51,454 nucleotides of DNA from Aulosira sp. ZfuVER01 (GTDB lineage: Bacteria > Cyanobacteriota > Cyanobacteriia > Cyanobacteriales > Nostocaceae), in assembly GCA_034530615.2 (NCBI GenBank), contig JAVRCV020000070.1, positions 1-51,454 of the forward strand, in the 5' to 3' direction. The translations under genes were made by a program, and so were the position numbers. Within the stretch, counting starts at the first letter, position 1; each line of letters opens with the position of its first letter. Positions 1 to 9,262 of this stretch are shown here, piece after piece. Under the pieces are notes generated by a model. The model saw nothing but the letters and a program-made list of their open reading frames with translations. It searched no databases and had not been told where the DNA came from.

Positions 1-111
1 AGAATAGCCACTACTGAGTTGAGAATAGCCGCTATTGAGTTGAGGAAAGCCACTATTGAATTAACGATAGTGGCTTCTGTTGTTGGCAAGTTTGCGATCG
101 CAGCTGAATAA
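1..111. repeat. 21-bp tandem repeat running off the window edge; may be the 3' end of a heptad-repeat CDS (stop at 109-111)
   Basis: Units are AGAATAGCCACTACTGAGTTG / AGAATAGCCGCTATTGAGTTG / AGGAAAGCCACTATTGAATTA. Frame +1 reads RIATTEL RIAAIEL RKATIEL...AAE*. AAGCCACTAT..ATAGTGGCTT forms an inverted repeat at 47-76. Confidence 0.55.
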
Positions 112-137
112 GTAGTTACACAAAATTAATTACAGAT

Positions 138-355
138 TGTAGGGGCATGGCAGTGCCCATTGGTGTCAACTTAAGCTTAGATGTATACAGCGTAAGTCTT
201 TGGGGTTATCTCTCTTAGCACCATAAACTTTCGATCCCCCCTAACCCCCCTTAAAAAAGGGGGGAAAAGAATCAAAGTCCCCCTTAAAAAGGGGGATTTA
301 GGGGGATCTATAATTTTTTGCTACGCACAAGAGGACTTTTAAAACATCCTCTTAG
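138..355. mobile_element. Cluster of small dispersed repeat/MITE-like fragments
   Basis: GTAGGGGCATGGCAGTGCCC (REP-like) is interrupted by TGGTGTCAACTTAAGC, the same end motif seen at 22138. An imperfect palindrome GATCCCCCCTAACCCCCCTTAAAAAAGGGGGG...CCCCCTTAAAAAGGGGGATTTAGGGGGATC follows, and the cluster ends with AAAACATCCTCTTAG. Confidence 0.55.
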
Positions 356-992
356 GTAAGCGAGAGAATGTTTGGAACAAAATTGCTGTTTATAATGCAC
401 TTTTAGCAAAATTAATCTTTGCTTTATAAAGCACTTATTTATTTCTTATGTTGATTTATCTTGAAAAAACACTAAAAAATTTTGGGGATTTATGATGTTA
501 TGCTGAAAAAAATACGGTTACTGCTTCATCCAATCTTTGTACTAATTACAACGTAATCTATTTAACTTATTTATTACGGTTATTATTGCAATTATTATTT
601 AATCGATATCTAGCTAATAAGCAAGCAAATATGGGGTTGCTAATTAAGGCGAAAACTGATACCTGTGCTTTCAACTTAATTAAATCTTTTTGTCAGCAAC
701 ACTCAATTTTCTTTCTTAAATTACTTGAAATAAACAATTCAGTTTATTGAAGTTGTGCTAGTCTTTGTATTAATTCAAGTATTTTAAAGCGGTAGGTAAT
801 TTAGTTGATTTCTGCATAGTAGAAAAGAAAAAACTAGTCTAAGCCGCGTTGTCATCACCTTAGGAATGCTCGAAGATTATTTAAATAAGTGCATCAATTC
901 GGAGTATAGGTGAAGTTTTTTTGGTAACGAACTTGTCAACTTCTATCGGGCGAATTGCATAAAATACATTATCCTGGAAGCTGAAACTGGCT

Positions 993-1271
993 ATGACATT
1001 TATCAAGATACAGAACGTTGTCATTAACACCAGCTATGTGGCTGCAATAAACTTAGATAGTCAAACTAGTTTGGGAGAAAAAAGCGTTTCTGTCCTAATA
1101 GCTACTCCTAAGTTTCCCTTGCTTCAGTGGGATGCAGTTGCCCAAAATCTCTATCACTACGAATGGATTGAATTCACTGGTCAAGCTGCTAACGCGCTTC
1201 AAGACTATTTTACTAATTTCAACAACGTCGTTGATCTGCTGCCACATTATCAAGAGACGGGCGTTGTCTAG
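993..1271 (+). CDS. Small hypothetical protein upstream of hglE (position matches the small asr5349/asr5350-type ORFs of hgl islands)
   Basis: 92-aa ATG ORF with protein-like composition in AT-rich DNA, co-directional with hglE. Confidence 0.65.
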   Translation: MTFIKIQNVVINTSYVAAINLDSQTSLGEKSVSVLIATPKFPLLQWDAVAQNLYHYEWIEFTGQAANALQDYFTNFNNVVDLLPHYQETGVV

Positions 1272-1598
1272 GATTTTTTCAAAATCACTACTTAATAAAA
1301 TGTGAAGGATGAAGTGTGACTTATGAAATATATGATTCATCCTTTAGCCTTTACATAATATGAGTGATTTTAATTCCCAAAAGAGCATTTAGCTTTTGCA
1401 GATAGGATAGCTAGCTGCTTATAACAACAGATAGCTTTCATTGTTGCTTAGTCACAGGAAATTACACCAATCATCCAAAATTCAACAAAATATCCAAACT
1501 CAGAAGCACGGGAAAAATCTCACTTTCTTAATTTTGAATTTTGAATTGGTATTACTGTCGCTGCGCAAGTCAAAGTCCCCCAGATTAGTCGATGTCCT

Positions 1599-4500
1599 AT
1601 GTCTGCTTATTCCATTGATACTGCCTTAGCGGATTTGGAAACCCAAATCAACAGTTGTGAAAAGGCTTTGGTTAAGTTTATAGAGGAGAAAAAAGTGAAG
1701 TCGGATAAACCAATTTCCATTAACAAGATTAACAGACAATTACAACAAAATCCTATAGCCATTATTGGGATGGCTTCTCTATTTCCTAAAGCGCGGAACT
1801 TACGGGAATATTGGCGCAATATCGTCAACAAAATTGACTGTATTACTGATGTTCCCGAAACCCATTGGAGCGTTAAGGATTACTACGATCCCAACCCCAG
1901 AACGCCTGAGGATAAAACCTACTGTAAAAGAGGTGGGTTTATTCCTGAAGTTGATTTTAACCCTATGGAATTCGGCATTCCTCCCAGCATTTTAGAAGTT
2001 ACAGATGTATCGCAACTATTAAGTTTAGTGGTTGCGAAAGAAGCAATGGAAGATGCTGGCTATGGTGAAGCGCGTGAGTTTAGCCGGGAGATGGTTGGGG
2101 TAATCTTAGGCGTGGCGATGGCCAAGCAGCTAGGAATGCCACTTTCAGCCAGGTTAGAATATCCGATTTGGGAAAAGGCGCTGAAAAGCAGTGGTTTATC
2201 TGATGAAGATACCGCCAAAATTGTTGAGAAAATCAAAAGTGCTTATGTCAAGTGGGATGAAAATGCATTCCCTGGGATGTTAGCCAACGTAGTTGCAGGG
2301 AGAATTGCCAACCGTCTGAATTTTGGCGGGATGAATTGTGTAGTTGATGCAGCTTGTGCTAGTTCCTTCGGCGCCTTGAAAATGGCGATTAGCGAATTAG
2401 TTGAGTATCGCAGCGACATGATGCTAACTGGTGGCGTTGACACTGACAACACCATCATGGCTTACATCTCCTTCAGCAAAACCCCGGCTGTTTCTCCCAG
2501 TGAAAATGTCAAACCTTTTGATGCTAAGTCCGATGGGATGATGCTGGGTGAAGGAATTGGGATGATTGTCCTCAAGCGCTTGGAAGATGCGGAACGGGAC
2601 AAGGATAAAATCTATGCAGTCATCAAAGGTATCGGCACTTCTAGCGATGGACGCTACAAGAGTATTTATGCTCCCCGCAAAGAAGGTCAAGTCAAAGCCT
2701 TAGAACGTGCTTACGAAGATGCAGGCTTTTCTCCCGCTACGGTGGGTTTGATGGAAGCCCACGGCACAGGTACAATGGCTGGCGACCCCACAGAATTCGG
2801 CTCTTTAAGAGATTTCTTTAACGAACATGATTCCCAGAAACAGCACATTGCACTGGGTAGTGTGAAGTCGCAAATTGGGCATACCAAAGCGGCGGCGGGT
2901 GCAGCAAGTTTAATTAAAACTGCTTTGGCACTACATCACAAGATATTGCCACCAACAATTAACATTACCGAGCCAAACCCCAAACTCAACATTAAAAATT
3001 CCTCATTCTATTTAAATACAGAAACCAGACCTTGGATTCGGGCAGAAGGTGAAGCGCCAAGACGCGCGGGTGTGAGTTCCTTTGGCTTTGGCGGTACGAA
3101 TTACCACGTCGTTTTGGAAGAATACGGCGCTGAACAAAATCAGCCTTACCGTTTACACAATGCGCCTGCGGAAATTCTTTTGTTTGCTGGTACTTCTGCT
3201 CAACTTGTAACCAAGTGTGAAGAAACTTTGGGTAAGTTGCAGTCAAAAGACGGCGACAGACATTATGCAGAATTGATTCAAGAGTGTACATCGCAAGAAA
3301 TTCCCCAAGCGGCGGCGAGAGTTGGATTTGTTGCTGAGAATCTGCAAGAAGCTTGCAAGTTACTGCAAATTAGTCTGGACTGGCTCAAGCATAAAGGTTC
3401 AGCAATCTCTTGGGAGCATCCTCAAGGAATTTACTTCCGTTCTGCTGGGATGAATTTGGGTGGTAAAGTCGTCGCGCTATTCTCTGGACAAGGTTCTCAG
3501 TACTTAGAGATGGGTCGGGAAGTGGTGATGAACTTCCCCGAAATGCGCCGTCTTTACGGTCAAATGGATAGCTTGTTACTCCAAGATAATTTGCGGCCAT
3601 TGTCTGAGATAGTGTTTCCGCATCCGACATTTGAGGAAGCAGAAAAGAATGCTCAAGTCGCTGCTTTACAACGCACAGAATATGCTCAACCCGCAATTGG
3701 GGTATTGAGTGCTGGGTTGTATTCCATATTGCAACAAGCTGGTTTCAAATCAGATTTTGTTGCTGGACACAGCTTTGGCGAACTGACAGCTTTATGGGCG
3801 GCGGGTGTTTTGAGCGAGCAAGATTACTTGTTCTTGGTGAAAGCTAGGGGTCAAGCAATGGCGGCTCCCGAAGACCCAGACCACGATCGCGGTAGTATGT
3901 TGGCAGTCAAAGAAGAAATTGCCAAGGTAGAAGCGATTGTCAGACATTATCCCCAAGTTGCGATCGCTAATATTAATTCTCCCACCCAAGTTGTCTTAGC
4001 AGGCCCGACCGCCGAAATCGCTAAAGTTCGGCAAGTGTTGCAAGATAAAGGCTGCGCGGCCGTTTTACTACCTGTATCCGCAGCTTTCCACACTCCATTG
4101 ATTGCTTTTGCTCAGAAATCTTTTGCAATTGCAACTAAATCTGTCAAGTTCCAAGCTCCGCAAATCCCAGTTTTCAGCAACGTCACTGGTCAAAAGTATC
4201 CTCAAGAATCGCCATCAATTCAAAAAATCCTGGAAACTCACCTATCAAATTCGGTGCTGTTTAAGCAGGAGATTGAGAATATCTACGCTGCTGGTGGTTA
4301 CTGCTTTGTGGAATTTGGCCCTCGCAGAATACTGAGCAACTTAGTCAAAGATATTTTAGGCGATCGCCCACATCTTACCATTTCCTTGAACCCCAGCACC
4401 CAAAAGAATAGCGATCGCTCTTTACGCGAAGCGGCTGTTCAGTTGCGTGTAGTTGGCTTGTCTTTAAAAAATCTCGATCCTTATCAACTCCTACCTGTCC

Positions 4501-7034
4501 TACCTGCGCCCGAAAACGAGAAGAAGAAAGCGTTAACTGTGAAGTTAAACGGCATTAATTATGTGTCGGAAAAAACCAAAAACGCCTTCCCCCAAGCTTT
4601 ACAAAATGGACATCAAGTTAAGTTAGCTGCTAGTTCAGAACCCACAGTTATCAGTACCCCAGAAGTCTCTGCACCTGCACCTAAAGTTACCAGCATTCCC
4701 GAATTCTCTGCACCTTCACCTGCACCTGTGAACATAGAACCTGTAATTCATACACCCATCCAAAGTAACGGACATAAAAAAATTGCTCCTGCTCCTACTC
4801 CAGTAGTCAACACCGTTACTTATGCTGCTGAACCAAAGCCTCAAATGAATCCTGCGACCCTTTTAGAACTTCCAGCCCAGGAATCAAAGATGCAAACACC
4901 AGAAAAACCTGTAAATTATCAACGAGTTCTAGAAAGTTTAGAATACCTCCTGTCACAGTTCCAGAACAATCAAAGCGAAAATTTACAAGTTCACGAACAC
5001 TATCTCAATCATCAGATGGAATATGCCAAAACATTTTTCCAACTGATGCAGCAACAAAACTCCTTGCTAGCTGAAGCTAAATCTTCACCAGAAACTGCCA
5101 AGCTCAAGCAAGTTGTCATGGAAAGCTTAGAGCGCAGCATGATGCAGTTTCATTCCCAACAAGGTGAAACTCTACGCATCCATGAGCAATATCTCCAAGA
5201 GCAAATCGAATATACGAAAAACTTTTTCCAACTAATTCAACAAGAGTACTCTCACCTAGTTTCAGGTGAAGAACTCACCCTACCTCAAGTAACATTACCT
5301 TTTGTCAGCGAACCTGTTACCGAAGCACCTGTTCCACCTACCGTCCAAATTGTGGAAACGCTGACCGCACCTGTAATTGAGCCTGTTGCCAAAAATGGCT
5401 CAACTCCCAAAATTGTCGAACCTCAGCCTGAGCCTGTAGCGGAAATTTCGGCTCCCCAGGTTGTAGAAATTCCCCCTCAGCCTGTAGTTGAGATTCCTAT
5501 TCCTGTAGCGCCCGTTCAGCCTGAACCTGTCGCTGAAATTGTCGCCTTCAACCCCGAACCTGCACCTGTAGCTGCATCCAGCACAGTCGATTTATCTCAA
5601 TTGGCTAATAACCTGTTAACCATCACCAGTGAAAAAACAGGCTACCCCATCGAGATGTTAGAGATGGACATGGACATGGAGGCTGACTTAGGTATTGACT
5701 CCATCAAACGGGTAGAAATCTTAGGCGGATTGCAAGAATTATACCCCGACTTACCCAAGCCCAACTTGGAAGAGCTAGCAGAAAAACGTACCATTGGGCA
5801 AGTAGTTGAGTATCTGCAATCTAACGCAGGCGGAAATACCTCAGTAGTAGCGTCGAGTAATCCAGTACCAGAAGTTGCGGAAATTCCTCAAGTAGTCACC
5901 CCAGTAGAAACTGTAGTTACTACTCCTGAGCCAGTAGTTAGCTTTGAATCAAACCCAGCCAGCGACGCTATCTTATTCCCCGAAACCGAAGCAACAACTA
6001 CCACTGATTACGCAGACATCGGTCAAACTCTACTCAACATTACCAGTGAAAAAACAGGCTACCCCGTTGAGATGCTGGAACTGGAAATGGACATGGAAGC
6101 CGACTTAGGAATTGACTCTATCAAACGAGTAGAAATCCTGGGTGCGATGCAAGAAATGTACCCCGACTTACCCAAACCAGACATCGAAGAACTCGGAGAT
6201 CTCCGCACCATCGGTCAAATAGTTGATTATCTCCAGAAGCTGGCTGGAGGTGAAAAAAAAAAGTATCAGCTTGAGTTTGACGACGAGCCGATAATAGATG
6301 TAGAACACAACGTTCAACGTCTACCCGCCAAACTCAAATACCTTCCCCAACCAGATTACTTAGACTTCAACTTACCTGAGGGACACATCGCGTTAGTCAC
6401 CGATGATGGTTCCCTCACCACCTCGGTGGTAGTGCAATCCTTAGTTGATCAAGGTTGGAAAGTCGTAGTTTTAAGCTTCCCCCAATCGATTGTTGCTCAA
6501 CAAGCACTTTTACCCCCAGGCGTTACCCGCATCACCCTAGCCGATTTAAGCGAACAACTACTCCAAGATAAATTATCTGCGATCGCAACTACTATCGGCA
6601 GCATTGGAGCTTTCATTCACATACATCCAGTATTCCAAGTCAGTCACACAAAGACACTTCCTTACATTGAACAGGAAAAGGCGATCGTTAAACACGTCTT
6701 CTTCATGGCCAAACACCTGAAAAAATCCCTCAACGAAGCCGCACGTTACGGACGTAGTTGTTTTATCACAGTAGCTCGTTTAGATGGAGCCTTCGGGTTT
6801 GAGCATAACACCAACTTTGGAGTCATTGGAGCAGGTTTAGCTGGTTTAACCAAAACAATGAGATGGGAATGGCCTCAAGTATATTCGAGAGCGATCGATA
6901 TTAGTCCTTCTCTCGATGCTCAACAATCAGCGCAACACATTATTGCTGAACTACACGACTCAAATCTTTATCTTAGTGAAGTTGGCTACGGCACTCAGGG
7001 AAGAGTTACCCTAACCACTTCATCTGATAAGTAA
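1599..7034 (+). CDS. hglE: Heterocyst glycolipid synthase, PfaA-like iterative type I PKS (KS-AT-ACP-ACP plus C-terminal KR-structural/HglF-like region)
   Basis: KS motifs DAACASS, EAHGTGT and IGHTKAAAG; AT motif GHSFG; two ACPs with DLGIDSIKRVEIL; Pro-rich linkers; first gene of the hgl cluster. Confidence 0.93.
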   Translation: MSAYSIDTALADLETQINSCEKALVKFIEEKKVKSDKPISINKINRQLQQNPIAIIGMASLFPKARNLREYWRNIVNKIDCITDVPETHWSVKDYYDPNPRTPEDKTYCKRGGFIPEVDFNPMEFGIPPSILEVTDVSQLLSLVVAKEAMEDAGYGEAREFSREMVGVILGVAMAKQLGMPLSARLEYPIWEKALKSSGLSDEDTAKIVEKIKSAYVKWDENAFPGMLANVVAGRIANRLNFGGMNCVVDAACASSFGALKMAISELVEYRSDMMLTGGVDTDNTIMAYISFSKTPAVSPSENVKPFDAKSDGMMLGEGIGMIVLKRLEDAERDKDKIYAVIKGIGTSSDGRYKSIYAPRKEGQVKALERAYEDAGFSPATVGLMEAHGTGTMAGDPTEFGSLRDFFNEHDSQKQHIALGSVKSQIGHTKAAAGAASLIKTALALHHKILPPTINITEPNPKLNIKNSSFYLNTETRPWIRAEGEAPRRAGVSSFGFGGTNYHVVLEEYGAEQNQPYRLHNAPAEILLFAGTSAQLVTKCEETLGKLQSKDGDRHYAELIQECTSQEIPQAAARVGFVAENLQEACKLLQISLDWLKHKGSAISWEHPQGIYFRSAGMNLGGKVVALFSGQGSQYLEMGREVVMNFPEMRRLYGQMDSLLLQDNLRPLSEIVFPHPTFEEAEKNAQVAALQRTEYAQPAIGVLSAGLYSILQQAGFKSDFVAGHSFGELTALWAAGVLSEQDYLFLVKARGQAMAAPEDPDHDRGSMLAVKEEIAKVEAIVRHYPQVAIANINSPTQVVLAGPTAEIAKVRQVLQDKGCAAVLLPVSAAFHTPLIAFAQKSFAIATKSVKFQAPQIPVFSNVTGQKYPQESPSIQKILETHLSNSVLFKQEIENIYAAGGYCFVEFGPRRILSNLVKDILGDRPHLTISLNPSTQKNSDRSLREAAVQLRVVGLSLKNLDPYQLLPVLPAPENEKKKALTVKLNGINYVSEKTKNAFPQALQNGHQVKLAASSEPTVISTPEVSAPAPKVTSIPEFSAPSPAPVNIEPVIHTPIQSNGHKKIAPAPTPVVNTVTYAAEPKPQMNPATLLELPAQESKMQTPEKPVNYQRVLESLEYLLSQFQNNQSENLQVHEHYLNHQMEYAKTFFQLMQQQNSLLAEAKSSPETAKLKQVVMESLERSMMQFHSQQGETLRIHEQYLQEQIEYTKNFFQLIQQEYSHLVSGEELTLPQVTLPFVSEPVTEAPVPPTVQIVETLTAPVIEPVAKNGSTPKIVEPQPEPVAEISAPQVVEIPPQPVVEIPIPVAPVQPEPVAEIVAFNPEPAPVAASSTVDLSQLANNLLTITSEKTGYPIEMLEMDMDMEADLGIDSIKRVEILGGLQELYPDLPKPNLEELAEKRTIGQVVEYLQSNAGGNTSVVASSNPVPEVAEIPQVVTPVETVVTTPEPVVSFESNPASDAILFPETEATTTTDYADIGQTLLNITSEKTGYPVEMLELEMDMEADLGIDSIKRVEILGAMQEMYPDLPKPDIEELGDLRTIGQIVDYLQKLAGGEKKKYQLEFDDEPIIDVEHNVQRLPAKLKYLPQPDYLDFNLPEGHIALVTDDGSLTTSVVVQSLVDQGWKVVVLSFPQSIVAQQALLPPGVTRITLADLSEQLLQDKLSAIATTIGSIGAFIHIHPVFQVSHTKTLPYIEQEKAIVKHVFFMAKHLKKSLNEAARYGRSCFITVARLDGAFGFEHNTNFGVIGAGLAGLTKTMRWEWPQVYSRAIDISPSLDAQQSAQHIIAELHDSNLYLSEVGYGTQGRVTLTTSSDK

Positions 7035-7074
7035 AGAAATTAGGGAGATAAGGAATAATAACACCTCATCTCCC

Positions 7075-7285
7075 TCTTTCTAAAAATCTCATTTCTCTGT
7101 GTCCTCTGTGTCTCTGTGGTTTGTTTAAAAATCTTTTTTTCTCACGCAGAGACGCAGCGAAAAGTCGGAGCGGCGGCTTCCGCCGATCTGAACTTTTCAA
7201 GACAGAGGTGCAGAGAAGAGGAAAGAAGAGAAGAAAGTATTTGTAATTATCTGCGTTTATCGGCGTACCTCGGCGGTTAAAAATC
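7075..7285. repeat. Intergenic short repeats with a nested palindromic element
   Basis: TCTCTGTGTCCTCTGTGTCTCTGTGG repeat, and CGCAGAGACGCAG[CGAAAAGTCGGAGCGGCGGCTTCCGCCGATCTGAACTTTTCAAGAC]AGAGGTGCAGAG. Confidence 0.6.
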
Positions 7286-7297
7286 CAAAATTGAAAT

Positions 7298-9031
7298 ATG
7301 ACAACACAAACACCTATTCGTCCCTCATCAGTTTTTCTTGTTAGTGGTGGAGCCAAAGGTATCACCGCCGAATGCACAATTGAACTAGCTAAAAAACAAC
7401 CTTGTAAATTCATCCTCCTGGGACGTTCCGAACTATTAGAAACCGAACCAGATTACGCTCAAAATTGCCTTGAAGAAGCCGCATTAAAAAAACGCATCAT
7501 GGAAAATCTTCTCGCCCAAGGTGAGAAGCCCACACCCATGAATGTACAAAAAATATATAACAAAATTCACTCCAGTCGCGAAATCAAAAAAACCCTCGCA
7601 GCAATTCAACAAACAGGCGCTACCGCCGAATATCTCAGCGTCGATGTCACCGATACCCAAACATTAAAAGCACAACTTGCGGCTACTGTTAACCGCATGG
7701 GGCCAATTACCGGCATCATACATGGCGCAGGGAACTTAGCTGACAAGTTAATTGAAAAGAAGACAGAACAGGATTTTGAAAAGGTTTACACAGCCAAAGT
7801 TCAAGGATTAGAAAATCTCTTAGCTTGCGTTCCGGCTGAACAACTCCAGCATTTAGTGTTATTTTCCTCCATCACAGGATTTTACGGCAATATCGGTCAG
7901 TCCGATTATGCGATCGCCAACGAAATCCTCAACAAATCCGCCCACTTGATGAAACAGTCCTATCCCAACTGTCACGTCGTAGCAATTAATTGGGGTGGCT
8001 GGGATAGTGGGATGGTAACACCAGAACTCAAAAAAGCGTTTGCAGAAAGAGGAATTGACATTATTCCTGTGGAAGTAGGAACAAAGATGTTAGTCAAAGA
8101 ACTACATCCCAAACATCACGACACTACTCAATTGGTGATTGGTAGCCCGCTAATTCCACCACCTGCACCTTTAGATGCTGAACTGAAAACTCATTATATT
8201 CGTCGCCGCATCACAGTTGAAGCCAATCCATTTTTAATGGATCATGTAATTGCTGGTTATCCCGTAGTTCCAGCTACCTGCGCGATGTCATGGATGATTA
8301 ATGGTTGTGAAGAAGCTTATCCCGGTTATAGATATTTCAGCTGCAAAGATTTTAAAGTTTTAAAGGGAATTACCTTTAATGAATCTGTAGCCAGCGAACA
8401 CATTTTGCAACTCAAAGAAATTGCGAAGGCTGACGGAGAGTTCATCGAATTTCAAACAACTATCTTTAGTAAAACTCCTGCTGGCAAAACTCATTATCAC
8501 TTCACTTCTACTATTAAACTGGTGCGGAAATTACCAGAAGCACCTATGTATGATGGCATAAATCTCACTGAGGATAATATCATTACCGGGATTGGTAAAG
8601 ATTTTTATCAAAATGGGCCATCTACATTATTTCATGGGCCATGTTTCCAGAAAATTGAAAGGGTTTTAAATATTAGCCCCGAAAAAATTACTACGGAATG
8701 CTTTTGGTCGCAAATCACTCCACAACAACAAGGACAATTCCCGATTCATTGGCACAATCCTTATGCAACTGATTTGAGTACACAACCTTTATGGATTTGG
8801 TTAAACCATTTTCATGAGGAAGTTTGTTTACCTGGACAGTTAACAACATCTGAACAGTATAGAGCCATACCAGTCAATGAAACATTTTATGTTTCTTGTG
8901 ATATTAAAGAGAAAAAAGGCACTGGTTTAACTGCCGATTTTATCCTTCACGATCGCGCAGGGCAATTATATTCTAGAATCTTGGGTGCTAAGGCTGTTGT
9001 TGTGCCGATGAGTTTGTTACAACCTAAATAA
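7298..9031 (+). CDS. hglG: Heterocyst glycolipid PKS ketoreductase-dehydratase subunit
   Basis: NADPH-binding SGGAKGIT, HGAG, catalytic YAIAN and WGGW; DH motif DHVIAGYPVVP; follows hglE. Confidence 0.88.
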   Translation: MTTQTPIRPSSVFLVSGGAKGITAECTIELAKKQPCKFILLGRSELLETEPDYAQNCLEEAALKKRIMENLLAQGEKPTPMNVQKIYNKIHSSREIKKTLAAIQQTGATAEYLSVDVTDTQTLKAQLAATVNRMGPITGIIHGAGNLADKLIEKKTEQDFEKVYTAKVQGLENLLACVPAEQLQHLVLFSSITGFYGNIGQSDYAIANEILNKSAHLMKQSYPNCHVVAINWGGWDSGMVTPELKKAFAERGIDIIPVEVGTKMLVKELHPKHHDTTQLVIGSPLIPPPAPLDAELKTHYIRRRITVEANPFLMDHVIAGYPVVPATCAMSWMINGCEEAYPGYRYFSCKDFKVLKGITFNESVASEHILQLKEIAKADGEFIEFQTTIFSKTPAGKTHYHFTSTIKLVRKLPEAPMYDGINLTEDNIITGIGKDFYQNGPSTLFHGPCFQKIERVLNISPEKITTECFWSQITPQQQGQFPIHWHNPYATDLSTQPLWIWLNHFHEEVCLPGQLTTSEQYRAIPVNETFYVSCDIKEKKGTGLTADFILHDRAGQLYSRILGAKAVVVPMSLLQPK

Positions 9032-9090
9032 TTGATTTTGTAACAAAAATAGCATTTCCTTGATGTATTATAATCAATTTGGAAATGCTA
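9013..9090 (+). terminator. Two adjacent hairpins at the end of hglG (terminator or transcript stabiliser)
   Basis: TTTGTTACAA(9013-22)/TTGTAACAAA(9038-47) and TAGCATTTCC(9050-59)/GGAAATGCTA(9081-90). Confidence 0.4.
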
Positions 9091-9262
9091 TAAATTCCAT
9101 TTGGTTTAGTTCAGTTGAAAGCGTAAATCCTGCCATATTCGGGGAATCTAATTTATGGTGGTTGTTTATTTTGTAACTAACCGCCAAGTGCGCCAAGGGG
9201 AGAAGATTGAGGAATATAGATAAAATCCCCTTTTGTTTAATACCCCAACGAGGATATCAGCA

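Noticed and set aside
356..1598. NtcA box (GTA-N8-TAC) or DIF1 (TCCGGA) upstream of hglE
   Set aside because: Only near-matches were seen (GTA-N8-AAC at ~553, TTCGGA at ~898), as expected by chance in AT-rich DNA.
1441..1629. 62-aa ORF overlapping the hglE start
   Set aside because: TTG start, includes a TTTTGAA repeat and has no recognisable motif.
7066..7413. 115-aa minus-strand ORF
   Set aside because: It is made of intergenic repeats and the antisense of hglG.
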